A stretch of 64,000 bases of DNA from a virus (IMGVR_UViG_3300031853_000006:32001-96000), one strand, 5' to 3'; positions 50,022 to 60,110 are shown, numbered from the stretch's first letter. Numbers and translations: made by a program. The notes: generated from the letters alone by a model not told the origin.

Positions 50022-51347
50022 ATGAAAAACAAACTTTTCAAAAAAGCGGTAGCGGTAGCAGCCGCAGCAGCAATGATTTTAGCATCAGCACCTGCAGTAG
50101 ATTCAAAAGCAGCAGTAGCAATAACAGACAGCTACCCAATCACATCAGGAATTGATTCACTCAGCACAACAAGTTACTCATGCAAAGCAGCTAACAACGT
50201 ATCTTACGCAGGCAGCGCAGAAAACGTCATCAAGATTCACTTGAAAGAGCACAACGACTTAACCAGCACCGGAAAGCACGTAGAAGCTTTTACAGTATTC
50301 ACCGACGATCCATCTTGGATCAGCATCGTAGCCGTAGACAGCGGAGTAGATTGCAGCACTGCTCACATAGTAGACGATCAAAATTATCCGAATAGCCGAT
50401 ACACATCCGGTAGGAACATAACCGTCAGCAATCATCGTGCAGAGGAAGATGCATTCGGCAGGATCACATACGAAGGAGGAGCTTACGTCTACTTGGTAGC
50501 AAATAGTTACGCAGGGGGAGATGAAACAGATAGACGAGTTGGAGTAACTATCGTATCTAAAGCCAAGAGAGGTTCAACCGCATTTGAAGATTTGACAAAT
50601 ATCACAATCGACATTGATGCAAAAGATCCTGAGCCAGAGCCAGCGCCGGAAGTTGAGCCAGAGCCTGAGACGGATCCCGAGTCTGAAGTTCTTAGAGGAC
50701 CTGCTCCTGCACCGTCAGAAGCACCTGTAGCTGACAAGCAGGAAGACGAAAATGCTAAAGAGCCTGAAGCATCTAAAGAGCCAGAAGCATCTAAAGCACC
50801 TGAAGCATCTAAAGCACCTGAAAAGACTCCTGAGCCAGACGACAAGGACAAGGTAGAGGAAGAGAACGATGATCTCGAAGACACCGACAGCGCTGTCACA
50901 TACGACGTAGGAGACGAAATAGAATCTCCGACAGCTATCTACACCGTAACAGCTGCAGACGACGGCAACTACGAATTAGAGTACTCAGATGTAGACGATG
51001 AAGACTCAGAGGTGATCAACATTCCTAAGGTAGTTAAGTCAGACGGATTAACTTTCAAAGTAACATCCATCGGAGACGGGGCTTTCAAAGGTAACACAAC
51101 AGTAAAAGAAATAACAATCGGATCAAACATCGCTGAAATCGGAGATAAAGCCTTCTGGGGCTGCAAAGGTCTTCGAGTACTCAAGATAGTCAGCACTAAA
51201 CTTAAGCTGTCAAATATCGGCAGCCAGGCCTTCAAGAAGCTGAGCAGCAAGCTAGTAATCAAAGTACCTAAGTCAAAGATCAAATCATACAAAAAGATCT
51301 TCCAGAAGAAAGGCCTCAGCAAGAAGGTTAAATTCAAAGCTATCTGA
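50022..51347 (+). CDS. Secreted surface protein: signal peptide, P/E-rich linker, BspA-type LRR_5 domain, K-rich tail
   Basis: MKNKLFKKAVAVAAAAAMILA; (E/A)PEASK 18-bp repeats at ~50760-50825; VTSIGDGAF/IGDKAFWGC. Confidence 0.75.
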   Translation: MKNKLFKKAVAVAAAAAMILASAPAVDSKAAVAITDSYPITSGIDSLSTTSYSCKAANNVSYAGSAENVIKIHLKEHNDLTSTGKHVEAFTVFTDDPSWISIVAVDSGVDCSTAHIVDDQNYPNSRYTSGRNITVSNHRAEEDAFGRITYEGGAYVYLVANSYAGGDETDRRVGVTIVSKAKRGSTAFEDLTNITIDIDAKDPEPEPAPEVEPEPETDPESEVLRGPAPAPSEAPVADKQEDENAKEPEASKEPEASKAPEASKAPEKTPEPDDKDKVEEENDDLEDTDSAVTYDVGDEIESPTAIYTVTAADDGNYELEYSDVDDEDSEVINIPKVVKSDGLTFKVTSIGDGAFKGNTTVKEITIGSNIAEIGDKAFWGCKGLRVLKIVSTKLKLSNIGSQAFKKLSSKLVIKVPKSKIKSYKKIFQKKGLSKKVKFKAI

Positions 51348-51503
51348 TACAATAGGGTCTAGATAGATGCAGGAGAGTCCCGAATCGTTCGGGGCTCTTT
51401 TGCCGATTGAATGTCAAACTACGGAAAATCAATGAACACAGAACAGCTGAACCTTCAATAATATTGATAACAAGGAAGTTCAGAAAGCGAGGTAGCTAGT
51501 ATC

Positions 51504-51902
51504 ATGAAAAGGGTCATATACGCAACTGCAACATACAGCACAAACAGCGAAGTCAAGGACTGTGCGAAATATGTACGCGACCTTATCAAGCAAACTAAAA
51601 CTCCATTTACAGTGACGCTGGTAGATCCGTATTCGGACAAGAAGATGAATCAGAGAGTTAAACTCAATGCGCAAGTTTCGCAAAAGGGCAAGAATAACTA
51701 CTTCGTGAACGTCGAATACAATATGATGATCGACGAAGCCGATGAGGAAGAAAGCAATGACTTTCTGAATAACACAATAGATGACGTCATTGATGCAGCA
51801 ATCGACAAGTATCCGATGCTTTCTATCGGTAGCAAGACAATATCCATCGGCGGATATCGTGGTCGAGTAGTTACTGGAATAACTGTCCGATCAGAGGGGT
51901 GA
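51504..51902 (+). CDS. Putative internal virion protein (MKRVIYAT leader)
   Basis: AACCTT motif at 51450. Confidence 0.55.
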   Translation: MKRVIYATATYSTNSEVKDCAKYVRDLIKQTKTPFTVTLVDPYSDKKMNQRVKLNAQVSQKGKNNYFVNVEYNMMIDEADEEESNDFLNNTIDDVIDAAIDKYPMLSIGSKTISIGGYRGRVVTGITVRSEG

Positions 51903-51908
51903 AACATA

Positions 51909-52112
51909 ATGAAAAGATGGATCCATGCAAAATCCACGATAATAGACGCAGCGTCAAACATAGGGACCTATAGGGGCGTGTCTTATGGAATGGAAGATTC
52001 AGGCGATCAGCTTTATTACTTTGTAAAACGCAACGGTGAAGTAGAGTACGCTGAACTAGAAGACGAACTCTTCACACTAATAGATGAATACATCGAAAGG
52101 GGATACAAATGA
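51909..52112 (+). CDS. Small protein (MKRWIHAK...IDAAS leader)
   Basis: Shared leader. Confidence 0.55.
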   Translation: MKRWIHAKSTIIDAASNIGTYRGVSYGMEDSGDQLYYFVKRNGEVEYAELEDELFTLIDEYIERGYK

Positions 52113-52450
52113 AACGATACATCCACTCATCACACGACTCAGAGAAAACATTCAAATACGAGATCTGGCAGATCAGTCACACACGTGAAGTTGATTACGC
52201 ATTCATGAGATGGAGTTATGCAGAGGATAATGGTTTCGACTTTGATGATTACAGCTTCGTTTACGAAGGAGAAATCGAAGAGAGCTCGGTAGAATGGGCA
52301 TTGGAGAAACTTTTCACGAAGTTCAATTTACATCATCCGGCAGACTTCAGAGGTCATTCACTTAGTGTCAGCGATATAATCAAGCTAGACAACAAGTTCT
52401 ACTACTGTGATTCCTTCGGGTTTGAAGATATCACAGATGTAATCCGATAA
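52109..52450 (+). CDS. YodL-domain protein (MKRYIHSS leader)
   Basis: YEIWQ...Y..VYEG...LEKLF..FN..HPADFRGHSLSVSDII...YYCDSFGF. Confidence 0.8.
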   Translation: MKRYIHSSHDSEKTFKYEIWQISHTREVDYAFMRWSYAEDNGFDFDDYSFVYEGEIEESSVEWALEKLFTKFNLHHPADFRGHSLSVSDIIKLDNKFYYCDSFGFEDITDVIR

Positions 52451-52563
52451 ACTAATAAGCTCACGTAGCTACATTAGTTATAGAAGAATCGAGTGCTGAC
52501 CGAAGCGCCAGTGCTCTTTTTCTATGAAACCTAGAAGGGGAAATTAAGGGGAGGTCAAGCGAC

Positions 52564-52980
52564 ATGAACATATCAATACTTACTTGCAATGTTCAACCCA
52601 GGATGCTCAGCGACACCGACGTAATGATTGAGAGTGCTACGATCATTATTGTAGTGTTTGTCGTTTTAGCAGTTATTGTCAACGCTCGCCTTGCTGTATC
52701 CAGAGATAGAGTTATTTATTTTGACACCTGGCTCTCAATAATCTGGGCCAAAGTAGCTGCGATGCATCTGAAGTATAACAATACCTCTCGAGTTACCGCA
52801 GAACTTGAAGAAGCCAAATGCAAAACTTGGTTCTACTTAAATAGATCACAGATCAAACAACAGCTGACTGACGAAGGCGTATTAGAAGACGGTTGGGGAG
52901 TTAAGTCAGTGATCATTGAAGCAGTTTACAACATGTATTGCGAAGCAAGAGATTCAGCTGATGAAGAAATCGTTAAATAG
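52564..52980 (+). CDS. Membrane-anchored hypothetical protein
   Basis: One TM helix. Confidence 0.5.
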   Translation: MNISILTCNVQPRMLSDTDVMIESATIIIVVFVVLAVIVNARLAVSRDRVIYFDTWLSIIWAKVAAMHLKYNNTSRVTAELEEAKCKTWFYLNRSQIKQQLTDEGVLEDGWGVKSVIIEAVYNMYCEARDSADEEIVK

Positions 52981-53043
52981 AGTGTAGGCATCTAGTTCTT
53001 GTATAATTGCTGCAAGAACTAAGCATTGCAAAGGAGTACACTC

Positions 53044-53316
53044 ATGAACAAGGCTGAACGAATAATTGAACGAGCTGTAAGCAGCACATTTGCAAGATTT
53101 CACAAGATCTCAAATGACGAACTCAGAAAAACATTCTGTTACAGCGATCTTTTCTTTCTGATTGAAAGGATGTTACGTGAAACCGCACAACTAGTTCTTA
53201 CAGAGGACTACACTCCAGAAGAGCTTGCCAATGCTATCGCAGAGTACAGATGGGATCTCGTTTCATATCCGAGCGAGGTCAAATCGGACAACCGATGGGC
53301 AAGTCTTTTGCAATGA
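53044..53316 (+). CDS. Hypothetical protein
   Basis: AAGGAG RBS before MNKAE. Confidence 0.5.
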   Translation: MNKAERIIERAVSSTFARFHKISNDELRKTFCYSDLFFLIERMLRETAQLVLTEDYTPEELANAIAEYRWDLVSYPSEVKSDNRWASLLQ

Positions 53317-53332
53317 GGTGAAACTTAGAAAG

Positions 53333-53653
53333 ATGGAAACAAATCAGATAACACTGCAAGAAGAGCTTACACAGCTACTAGCTGATCCGGCTATTCAGCA
53401 TGCGTTCAACGAAGCTTCTAAACGCGCACAGCAGCAGAACTTAGTAAGCCCAAAGGCAGAAGGTCGAGTATTAACACAGCCTGAAGCAGATCTAGTCATC
53501 TCAACAGTAGAACAAGTTCTGCAGAATGTGGAAATAATCAGATACACCGAACCAGAATTACGCAAAGCTTACATGGAAGGCTACCAAGAAGCGTGTAAGA
53601 ATATAACAGAGATGATCAAGATCTCTGAAGCCGCAGAGGAAAGCAAATACTAA
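53333..53653 (+). CDS. Hypothetical protein
   Basis: Start METNQ likely. Confidence 0.5.
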   Translation: METNQITLQEELTQLLADPAIQHAFNEASKRAQQQNLVSPKAEGRVLTQPEADLVISTVEQVLQNVEIIRYTEPELRKAYMEGYQEACKNITEMIKISEAAEESKY

Positions 53654-53675
53654 CAGAGAGGAGCCCTAACCTACA

Positions 53676-53951
53676 ATGAAAAGACCATTTGAAGCATTTA
53701 GTTATATCGGACCATTCCAGAATGACGACGGAATGTGGACTGCAGAAGCACTCGGCAAGCTCGGAGTACATGTAGACATCGATACAGAAGCAGATTCTGT
53801 AAAAGATATCTGCACGGTTCTCAAGAAAGAAAAAATCATTCCATCCGCAGATATGCGGAGAGTCAACGCCACTATTGGCACCGACATAATCGAAGTACAC
53901 GAGAAAAAGGGCATGAAGCCGCTTTGTAGACTAGTAATCAAGCGCATCTGA
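53676..53951 (+). CDS. Hypothetical protein
   Basis: GAGGAG RBS. Confidence 0.55.
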   Translation: MKRPFEAFSYIGPFQNDDGMWTAEALGKLGVHVDIDTEADSVKDICTVLKKEKIIPSADMRRVNATIGTDIIEVHEKKGMKPLCRLVIKRI

Positions 53952-53967
53952 AATAAAGGAGAACACT

Positions 53968-54216
53968 ATGCGAGCTTTTGTCAAAAGCCCTAAGCAGACT
54001 GAAAGATGTATTGTCGATAATTTCGGCATCCGCGAAAGCGATCGAGCAATCATGATGCCGGTCTACAGAGACGACGGGGCATATATAAGAGATATCTGGG
54101 TTCCGAAATCATTGATTGTTTCCAGAAGGCCTCATGGCGTAGGCTGCACAGCTTTTGAGATTAAGTCATGGTTCTTGCAGAAAGAATTAGAACCTGACCA
54201 GACAATCGGAGAGTAA
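53968..54216 (+). CDS. Hypothetical protein
   Basis: AAGGAG RBS; ..WVPKSLI motif. Confidence 0.55.
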   Translation: MRAFVKSPKQTERCIVDNFGIRESDRAIMMPVYRDDGAYIRDIWVPKSLIVSRRPHGVGCTAFEIKSWFLQKELEPDQTIGE

Positions 54217-54340
54217 TTCTAAAACATTTTCAATACACATTCACATTACAAAAATGCAGAAAAAGGCCACTTGCTGATCAATACGATCGGCTTGTAGGCC
54301 TTTTCTGCAACTTATGAGTACAATTGTTAGTTAAGTAGGC

Positions 54341-54781
54341 TTATCTGGCGTAAATAGTTCCATTCCGAGCAAACTGCCAATGTGTGCAATAGTATCTGTA
54401 TTGGCTTCCTTCCTGTTCGAGGTAACCCCTGACCATCATGATCCAAGCAGTAGGCCCTCCGTTATAATATGAAGTATATTGAAGATAACACGTGAGTGTG
54501 GTTTGTAGACTAGCTAGGAACTCATCTACTGCTGATTTAGTAGCTATTCCACTGCATCCAAAATAAATATCATTTGTTTCAGGTAGCTTCTGTTGCAGCA
54601 TCCACTCGTTATACGAATCATATCCTAATTGCTGTTTTATAGCAGCGGTTACAACGCTTGTATATTCGTCCCAGCTACTTGCACTGTGCGATTCATTTGG
54701 AAGAGGATTGCTCACAGTTACTGGTAACATTGTCCATTCTCTACTACCTGATCCGCCACATCCGTTCACATATGTTGACAT
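54341..54781 (-). CDS. Putative adhesin/tip protein (MSTYVNGCGGSG)
   Basis: GGAGG RBS; GTCGACCTT upstream. Confidence 0.5.
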   Translation of the reverse strand: MSTYVNGCGGSGSREWTMLPVTVSNPLPNESHSASSWDEYTSVVTAAIKQQLGYDSYNEWMLQQKLPETNDIYFGCSGIATKSAVDEFLASLQTTLTCYLQYTSYYNGGPTAWIMMVRGYLEQEGSQYRYYCTHWQFARNGTIYAR

Positions 54782-54880
54782 ATTTTCTATGTACCTCCAT
54801 TTTCGATAAATAATCACGTCATTACAACGTGTCGTCGAAAATATAAGGTCGACAGGTGTGCGCGGAGAATCTAATATTAA

Positions 54881-55597
54881 CTATCTATGTTTAGTCATAT
54901 ATCCAAAAGTTGTATTCATAGAAACTGAAGTACATGGTTTTACGCCGCTACCTTTTTGTATGCAGAATCCAGCTAATATCTGATATGGATATAGCTTGAA
55001 AAAATAATCAGCGTAATATTCAATTATCAATTGATAAGGTAATTGAAAATCCTTGTCAGAATAAGAAGTTCCCGCAAACTTGTAAGTTAATTCTGTGTTT
55101 CCTGTCCAGCCTGCACTTGCACTTCGATGATCTATGAAGTTAGCACCTTGATTAAATTCTTGAGGTGGCAATTCAACTAAGGTAGTAAGGGCAGATTGCT
55201 GTATGCCTTGTGAACATGAATAGTAAGTATCCGCTTGGATTCTCTTATACACTGTAAATACAGGATAAACAACACTACCCGTTAATTTCATAGTTAGCGG
55301 GACAGGAGCACCGCTTGCTTTAGACACACGGTACGCATAGTGATACGAATAGGTAGCATTCGGTTGAAACATTGCGTTTCCGACCTTAATGTATCCGTCG
55401 TTACCTAACTCTTCTACTACTACGCTGCCTGTGCTGTCCTGGAACGTTATTGGATATCCAGATAATATCAGATCTCCTTCTTGCCAGTTTGCAGTTACGG
55501 ATTCATTAAAGCCGGTTAAGTAACCAATGAATGCACACGCAAGCCCCATCTTTGGTACAGAACTCGGCGTCAGCTGACTACTCACATAACAACTCAT
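54881..55597 (-). CDS. Putative adhesin/tip protein (MSCYVSSQL)
   Basis: AAGGAGG RBS; GTCGACCTT upstream. Confidence 0.5.
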   Translation of the reverse strand: MSCYVSSQLTPSSVPKMGLACAFIGYLTGFNESVTANWQEGDLILSGYPITFQDSTGSVVVEELGNDGYIKVGNAMFQPNATYSYHYAYRVSKASGAPVPLTMKLTGSVVYPVFTVYKRIQADTYYSCSQGIQQSALTTLVELPPQEFNQGANFIDHRSASAGWTGNTELTYKFAGTSYSDKDFQLPYQLIIEYYADYFFKLYPYQILAGFCIQKGSGVKPCTSVSMNTTFGYMTKHR

Positions 55598-55768
55598 ATT
55601 TCTATATAACCTCCTTAAAAAGAAATTTCAACTTCATGACAAGAAAAATATAAGGTCGACACCATTTTCTCAGTCGAAACAAGGCTTCGCATACACTCGA
55701 CCTTTAATATGTCCGTCACACGAAACACATGAGAAAAGCTTTTTAATATAAAGGAGGAAAAAGAATAA

Positions 55769-56446
55769 ATGAGTTGTTATGTCAGCAGTCAGCTTAGCCC
55801 AAGTTTAGGCGGAGCATCCGGTAATTGGGAATATAAGTTCATCGGAGGAGTACAGTCAGGTCAAACAGGTTATGCAGAGTTACCTAATTTGAAAGTAGGG
55901 GATGTAATAGCATTTGGACCCAGTAACACCTCATATTTAAGCAATACTACTGTGCAAATGCAGAATGCAAGTTACAAAATAGTAGGGAATGTGCTTAGTG
56001 GAGGAGTAGGGGTGTATTCAAGAGCATCTATAGATGGTAGCCCTTCATTTTATATAACTTCTATATCAGGTACACCTACTATATCTATATCTAGTAATTC
56101 AGGTTATCGATACATGTGCGTTATTAGCCAATCTAGTACTAAGCATACCGTGTTAAAAACAAACATCTCAGATAATCAGAATATTGGATTAGTATATCAA
56201 CCGGAGTTAGCTTCGGCTGACTACGCATACTGGACATTTGATAGTTCTGGTTCAAGTACTTTCTACTTGAATTTTTCTAATCAAAATGAGGTATCTTTCG
56301 AACATTATATCTCGCAGTCAGTATATGGATATAGGTCATATCCAGGAACATTGATACAAGATTATGCAGTTAATCTATCCAATATGTCACTTGCTACTCA
56401 ACTTAACACTTCTACTAATTATGTCAAAAAATACATAAGCATTTAA
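55769..56446 (+). CDS. Putative adhesin/tip protein (MSCYVSSQL)
   Basis: Same first 9 aa as its divergent neighbour; TCGACCTT upstream. Confidence 0.5.
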   Translation: MSCYVSSQLSPSLGGASGNWEYKFIGGVQSGQTGYAELPNLKVGDVIAFGPSNTSYLSNTTVQMQNASYKIVGNVLSGGVGVYSRASIDGSPSFYITSISGTPTISISSNSGYRYMCVISQSSTKHTVLKTNISDNQNIGLVYQPELASADYAYWTFDSSGSSTFYLNFSNQNEVSFEHYISQSVYGYRSYPGTLIQDYAVNLSNMSLATQLNTSTNYVKKYISI

Positions 56447-56558
56447 GTAGTCCGACGCCATCGCAACCCCTCGACCTTTAATACTACACAACAGTACGAA
56501 ACACATTTGAAGTGTTTCGCATACAACTAATTGAGTATTAAAGGAGGTACATTAACTT

Positions 56559-57056
56559 ATGAGTAGTTATGTTGGATCAACAGGTACGAGTGGAGGCGGA
56601 GAGTTAAAAGACCCTCTCATGATATATCAGAAAACATCAGGCACCACCGAAAACGTGTATATTAGCTTTAGCGATACTCAAAGTTATATTCAGCAGGGAT
56701 ACACCTACATGTTTTTTGCGTTAAACGGAGAGTATAAATCAGGGGACACATATCGAGGCGGAGGGTTAGTAGGTAATTCGTTTTTGCCTTTACAAATCAT
56801 AGTAAAATTGTACGAGTTGCAGCGGCAAGATGCTGGAGGGAGCGGAGGTAACGGGTATTACTTCTGGGAGCGGTTATCTGAGTCTTCAACAACTATGACG
56901 GCTCATCCATTCGGCGTATACTACTGTTATAACGCATCGAACACTGCATATGCGTATCCGAACTACATTAGCGGTAGCGGGCAGTTAGAAGTGGCAGTTC
57001 GGCGTAGCAGTACAGATAATGGCCGATATGTGTCACCCACAATTTATGTTATGTAA
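56559..57056 (+). CDS. Putative adhesin/tip protein (MSSYVGSTGTSGGG)
   Basis: TCGACCTT upstream; Y/G/S-rich. Confidence 0.5.
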   Translation: MSSYVGSTGTSGGGELKDPLMIYQKTSGTTENVYISFSDTQSYIQQGYTYMFFALNGEYKSGDTYRGGGLVGNSFLPLQIIVKLYELQRQDAGGSGGNGYYFWERLSESSTTMTAHPFGVYYCYNASNTAYAYPNYISGSGQLEVAVRRSSTDNGRYVSPTIYVM

Positions 57057-57217
57057 TTAGTGTCGCAAGTACATTATCACATAATTGTACTCATAATAAA
57101 AGAAAAAGCTCCTTTCTTCTTGGGAGCTTTTTCTATGTATTGTTATAGGAAATCTTTTAAGCCCTTACCTGCAAGCACTGAGGGCTTATTTTTTTTTGAA
57201 TAATTTTAAGAAAAGTC

Positions 57218-57246
57218 TTGACTTTTTCATATAGATATCATATAAT
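57218..57246 (+). promoter_or_regulatory. Conserved early sigma-A promoter
   Basis: TTGACT-17-TATAAT. Confidence 0.8.
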
Positions 57247-57294
57247 ATACTTGTACCAGATAACATAGTACCTACACCGAAGGAGGTAACACTT

Positions 57295-57456
57295 ATGGAA
57301 AGAAGATACTTAGTAACAACTCAGGTACCCGAAACAGAAAGCACTTACACAAACTACATCGAGGCACATAGCGCTCAGGAAGCTGTAGATAAGGTTAGAG
57401 TATTTGATCCAGCTCCTGTCATCGAAGTATCAGTCATCGTTAAGGATTGGAAATGA
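57295..57456 (+). CDS. Small early protein (53 aa, absent from the ORF track)
   Basis: AAGGAGG RBS; MERRYLVTTQV...IEAHSAQEAV. Confidence 0.6.
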   Translation: MERRYLVTTQVPETESTYTNYIEAHSAQEAVDKVRVFDPAPVIEVSVIVKDWK

Positions 57457-57486
57457 TACAAAGGACTTGAAAGGAGTGTAACGCAT

Positions 57487-58260
57487 ATGACGATAGAGAC
57501 CTTAGAGAAGAGAATAGCCGGAAAAGAAAAAGCAATAGCTACGTTGGAGAAAAAGATACAGCGAATAGAAGCAGCTAAAGCAACTAATTGGGAAAAGAAC
57601 CCATACTATTATGATGAGCAAGATCTTAAATGGGCTAAAGAAGAACTCGCATCTGAGATGAATGTTTTAGTTAAGTATCGGGAGCAGCTTAAACAGGAGC
57701 AGGAAAAAGTAGCAAGCAGAAATGTAGAAGCTCTTGTAACATTCTTAGAGACCTGGAAGGAGGATTGCATTAGTTACTTTTTAGAGGAGCATCAAAAGTA
57801 CCTAGAGGCTCGCAAAGAATACTACGCAGCTGGTAAGCAGTTTTGCGAAAGATTTAATTCACGCAGGGCATTAGGGCTTACAACAGATGAGATCAACAAG
57901 CTTGAAGCAGACTACAAAAAGTTGAGAGAAACGTTTAAGCAGAGATGGAGACACGTAATACAATTTGATCAGGGAAGCCTCTCTTGGGAAGAAACCATGA
58001 GGAAACATCTTGAGATAGAGAAAAATCGCAAGTACGATGATATTATCAAGAGGACTAACAAGGTTGTCGGAAAGATAGCAGACGCCTCAGGCCTACACGT
58101 AGGTGCAAAAGGAGACCTCAACGGCATTATAATCGGCACAGAAGGGAAGGCTAAAGTAGAAACAATTGGCGCCGGAGGGTACAACGAAGACGTAATTCTT
58201 GAAAGCGGACGTCACGGTCAGTGTTATCATTTCAGGACACTTATTCACGAGATCAACTAA
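57487..58260 (+). CDS. Conserved phage coiled-coil protein
   Basis: C-terminal LNGIIIGTEGKAKVETIGAGGYN...QCYHFR. Confidence 0.65.
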   Translation: MTIETLEKRIAGKEKAIATLEKKIQRIEAAKATNWEKNPYYYDEQDLKWAKEELASEMNVLVKYREQLKQEQEKVASRNVEALVTFLETWKEDCISYFLEEHQKYLEARKEYYAAGKQFCERFNSRRALGLTTDEINKLEADYKKLRETFKQRWRHVIQFDQGSLSWEETMRKHLEIEKNRKYDDIIKRTNKVVGKIADASGLHVGAKGDLNGIIIGTEGKAKVETIGAGGYNEDVILESGRHGQCYHFRTLIHEIN

Positions 58261-58273
58261 AGGAGGATAACAT

Positions 58274-58567
58274 ATGGATCAGAAAGTAACATTAAGAGGA
58301 AATACTCGCACAGAATGCAAGAACTGTAACTTCTGTGAGCATATTATGCAGACAACTGATCTATCGACTGAACTGGGCTTGCAGAAATTCTTCACAGGAC
58401 TGATTGTCGTATCGTTATATAAGAAGGGAGGATGTCCTCTTAACACTGAACTCAACTTGTTAGGGCTCATCACTCCTGAAGATCGTACACAGTCATTCAT
58501 ATCAGCCTATCGACAAACAGTTAATAGTGCTGAAATCATCGAGAAGGAGAACAGAATCCATGACTAA
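58274..58567 (+). CDS. Hypothetical protein
   Basis: AAGGAGG RBS. Confidence 0.55.
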   Translation: MDQKVTLRGNTRTECKNCNFCEHIMQTTDLSTELGLQKFFTGLIVVSLYKKGGCPLNTELNLLGLITPEDRTQSFISAYRQTVNSAEIIEKENRIHD

Positions 58568-58737
58568 TCTTTCTAAGCTGGATGAAACTAATTCAGCAAA
58601 ACCTAATTCCGCCTATCTGAGCGAGCAGGAATACAGAGCGTTGCTCAGTCAGCGGATGAAACAATACAGAGAATACTTGTCGAAACGCGAAAAATTCGCA
58701 AACACTCGAATGACCGAAAAGGGGGACAACAGTAACC

Positions 58738-58986
58738 ATGACTGAAGTTAACACTATTGAGATTGCTGACGCACCGCTGAAGTGCGAGATTGTATTTCAG
58801 CCCGATGAATTGCTCAAGCTGCAAGCTATCGGAGCACACAGAGGAGAATCCATTGGTGAAGTAGTATCAGATGCCTTATACTCAAGGTATCAATCACTGC
58901 GTAGCGTAGGTGCGTTTGAAGAAATAACAGATGAAAACATGCAGTTAAGAAAAATCAAAGTCCTGCGGTTCTGGAAAGATAACTGA
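58738..58986 (+). CDS. Hypothetical protein
   Basis: ORF track. Confidence 0.5.
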   Translation: MTEVNTIEIADAPLKCEIVFQPDELLKLQAIGAHRGESIGEVVSDALYSRYQSLRSVGAFEEITDENMQLRKIKVLRFWKDN

Positions 58987-59027
58987 TCCGCCGGTATCGT
59001 TATGTACTGATGTAGGAGGTGTATTTA

Positions 59028-59693
59028 ATGAATGTTGTGATAACAGGATCGTCTGAAGGAATGGGACACGCAACTGCTGCTAAGTTTGTCAATGAAGGTC
59101 ACTCAGTGATCGGCATAGACATCATGCCTTGTCCTCCTGACTTAAAAGATTGCCCCTTATATAAGCATTGTAGAGCAAACATTGCAGATCCTAACGAGCT
59201 GCCCGATATTCCTAATGTAAACATATTGATAAACAATGCCGGAGTTACCGGTACGGGAATGGATATTGATACAAATCTGAAAGGTCTCATGGAAGTTACT
59301 CGTAAGTATGCACTTGACAATCCGGCAATCAAGTCAGTCCTTAATCAAGCAGCAGCATCGGCACATATGGGAACAGAGTACGATGAGTATGTTGCATCCA
59401 AAGGCGGAGTTATCGCTTATACTAAATGGGTTGCTAAAGAGATTGCAAAATATGGCGCAACTTGTAACAGCTTGTCATTCGGAGGAGTATTGTCAGCTGC
59501 TAACAGGCCCGTTATAGAGAACGATGATTTGTGGCAGCAGATCATGGACTTAACACCGCTCAAGAAATGGACAACTACTGAAGAAGCAGCCGAATGGATC
59601 TATTTTATGACCGTGATTAACAAATCCTGTTCAGGTACCGACATAATAATAGACAACTTGGAAAGCTTGAACGGAGTGTTTGTCTGGGAGTGA
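59028..59693 (+). CDS. Short-chain dehydrogenase/reductase (SDR)
   Basis: VITGSSEGMG, INNAG, YVASK. Confidence 0.9.
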   Translation: MNVVITGSSEGMGHATAAKFVNEGHSVIGIDIMPCPPDLKDCPLYKHCRANIADPNELPDIPNVNILINNAGVTGTGMDIDTNLKGLMEVTRKYALDNPAIKSVLNQAAASAHMGTEYDEYVASKGGVIAYTKWVAKEIAKYGATCNSLSFGGVLSAANRPVIENDDLWQQIMDLTPLKKWTTTEEAAEWIYFMTVINKSCSGTDIIIDNLESLNGVFVWE

Positions 59694-59710
59694 AAGGAGC
59701 AACAATAGTA

Positions 59711-60079
59711 ATGCAACCGAAGAAAGCAAATTCGTACACTGTGAAAGTGAAGAATAAGCTTAGCAAGAAAGATCTTAAAAAGCGGAAGAAAGCTAGGAAG
59801 CCGAAATACTCTGCATACATGTACACGGTGGCGGAGCCAGCTCACGGCGGCATCATGTATTCGACATTTGTAATGCTCTGTGACGGTAAGTATCCATCCA
59901 TGGAGGATATACTCGAAATCTCTCGTAATATCGGGCCTATAGTCTGCATACAGCGTCTTTCGCTTGAGGGCATGGAAGAGCAGATCAAAGATCAAGAAGC
60001 AATTCGGAGAGGTGACTTAATCTTTCCAAGTCTGGACGACTACAACGATGATGACGAAGATTTTGACCCGTTCAGTTAA
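59711..60079 (+). CDS. Hypothetical protein
   Basis: AAGGAG RBS before MQPKK. Confidence 0.5.
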   Translation: MQPKKANSYTVKVKNKLSKKDLKKRKKARKPKYSAYMYTVAEPAHGGIMYSTFVMLCDGKYPSMEDILEISRNIGPIVCIQRLSLEGMEEQIKDQEAIRRGDLIFPSLDDYNDDDEDFDPFS

Positions 60080-60110
60080 TCAAAAGCGTATAACATGGAG
60101 GAGTTGAATA

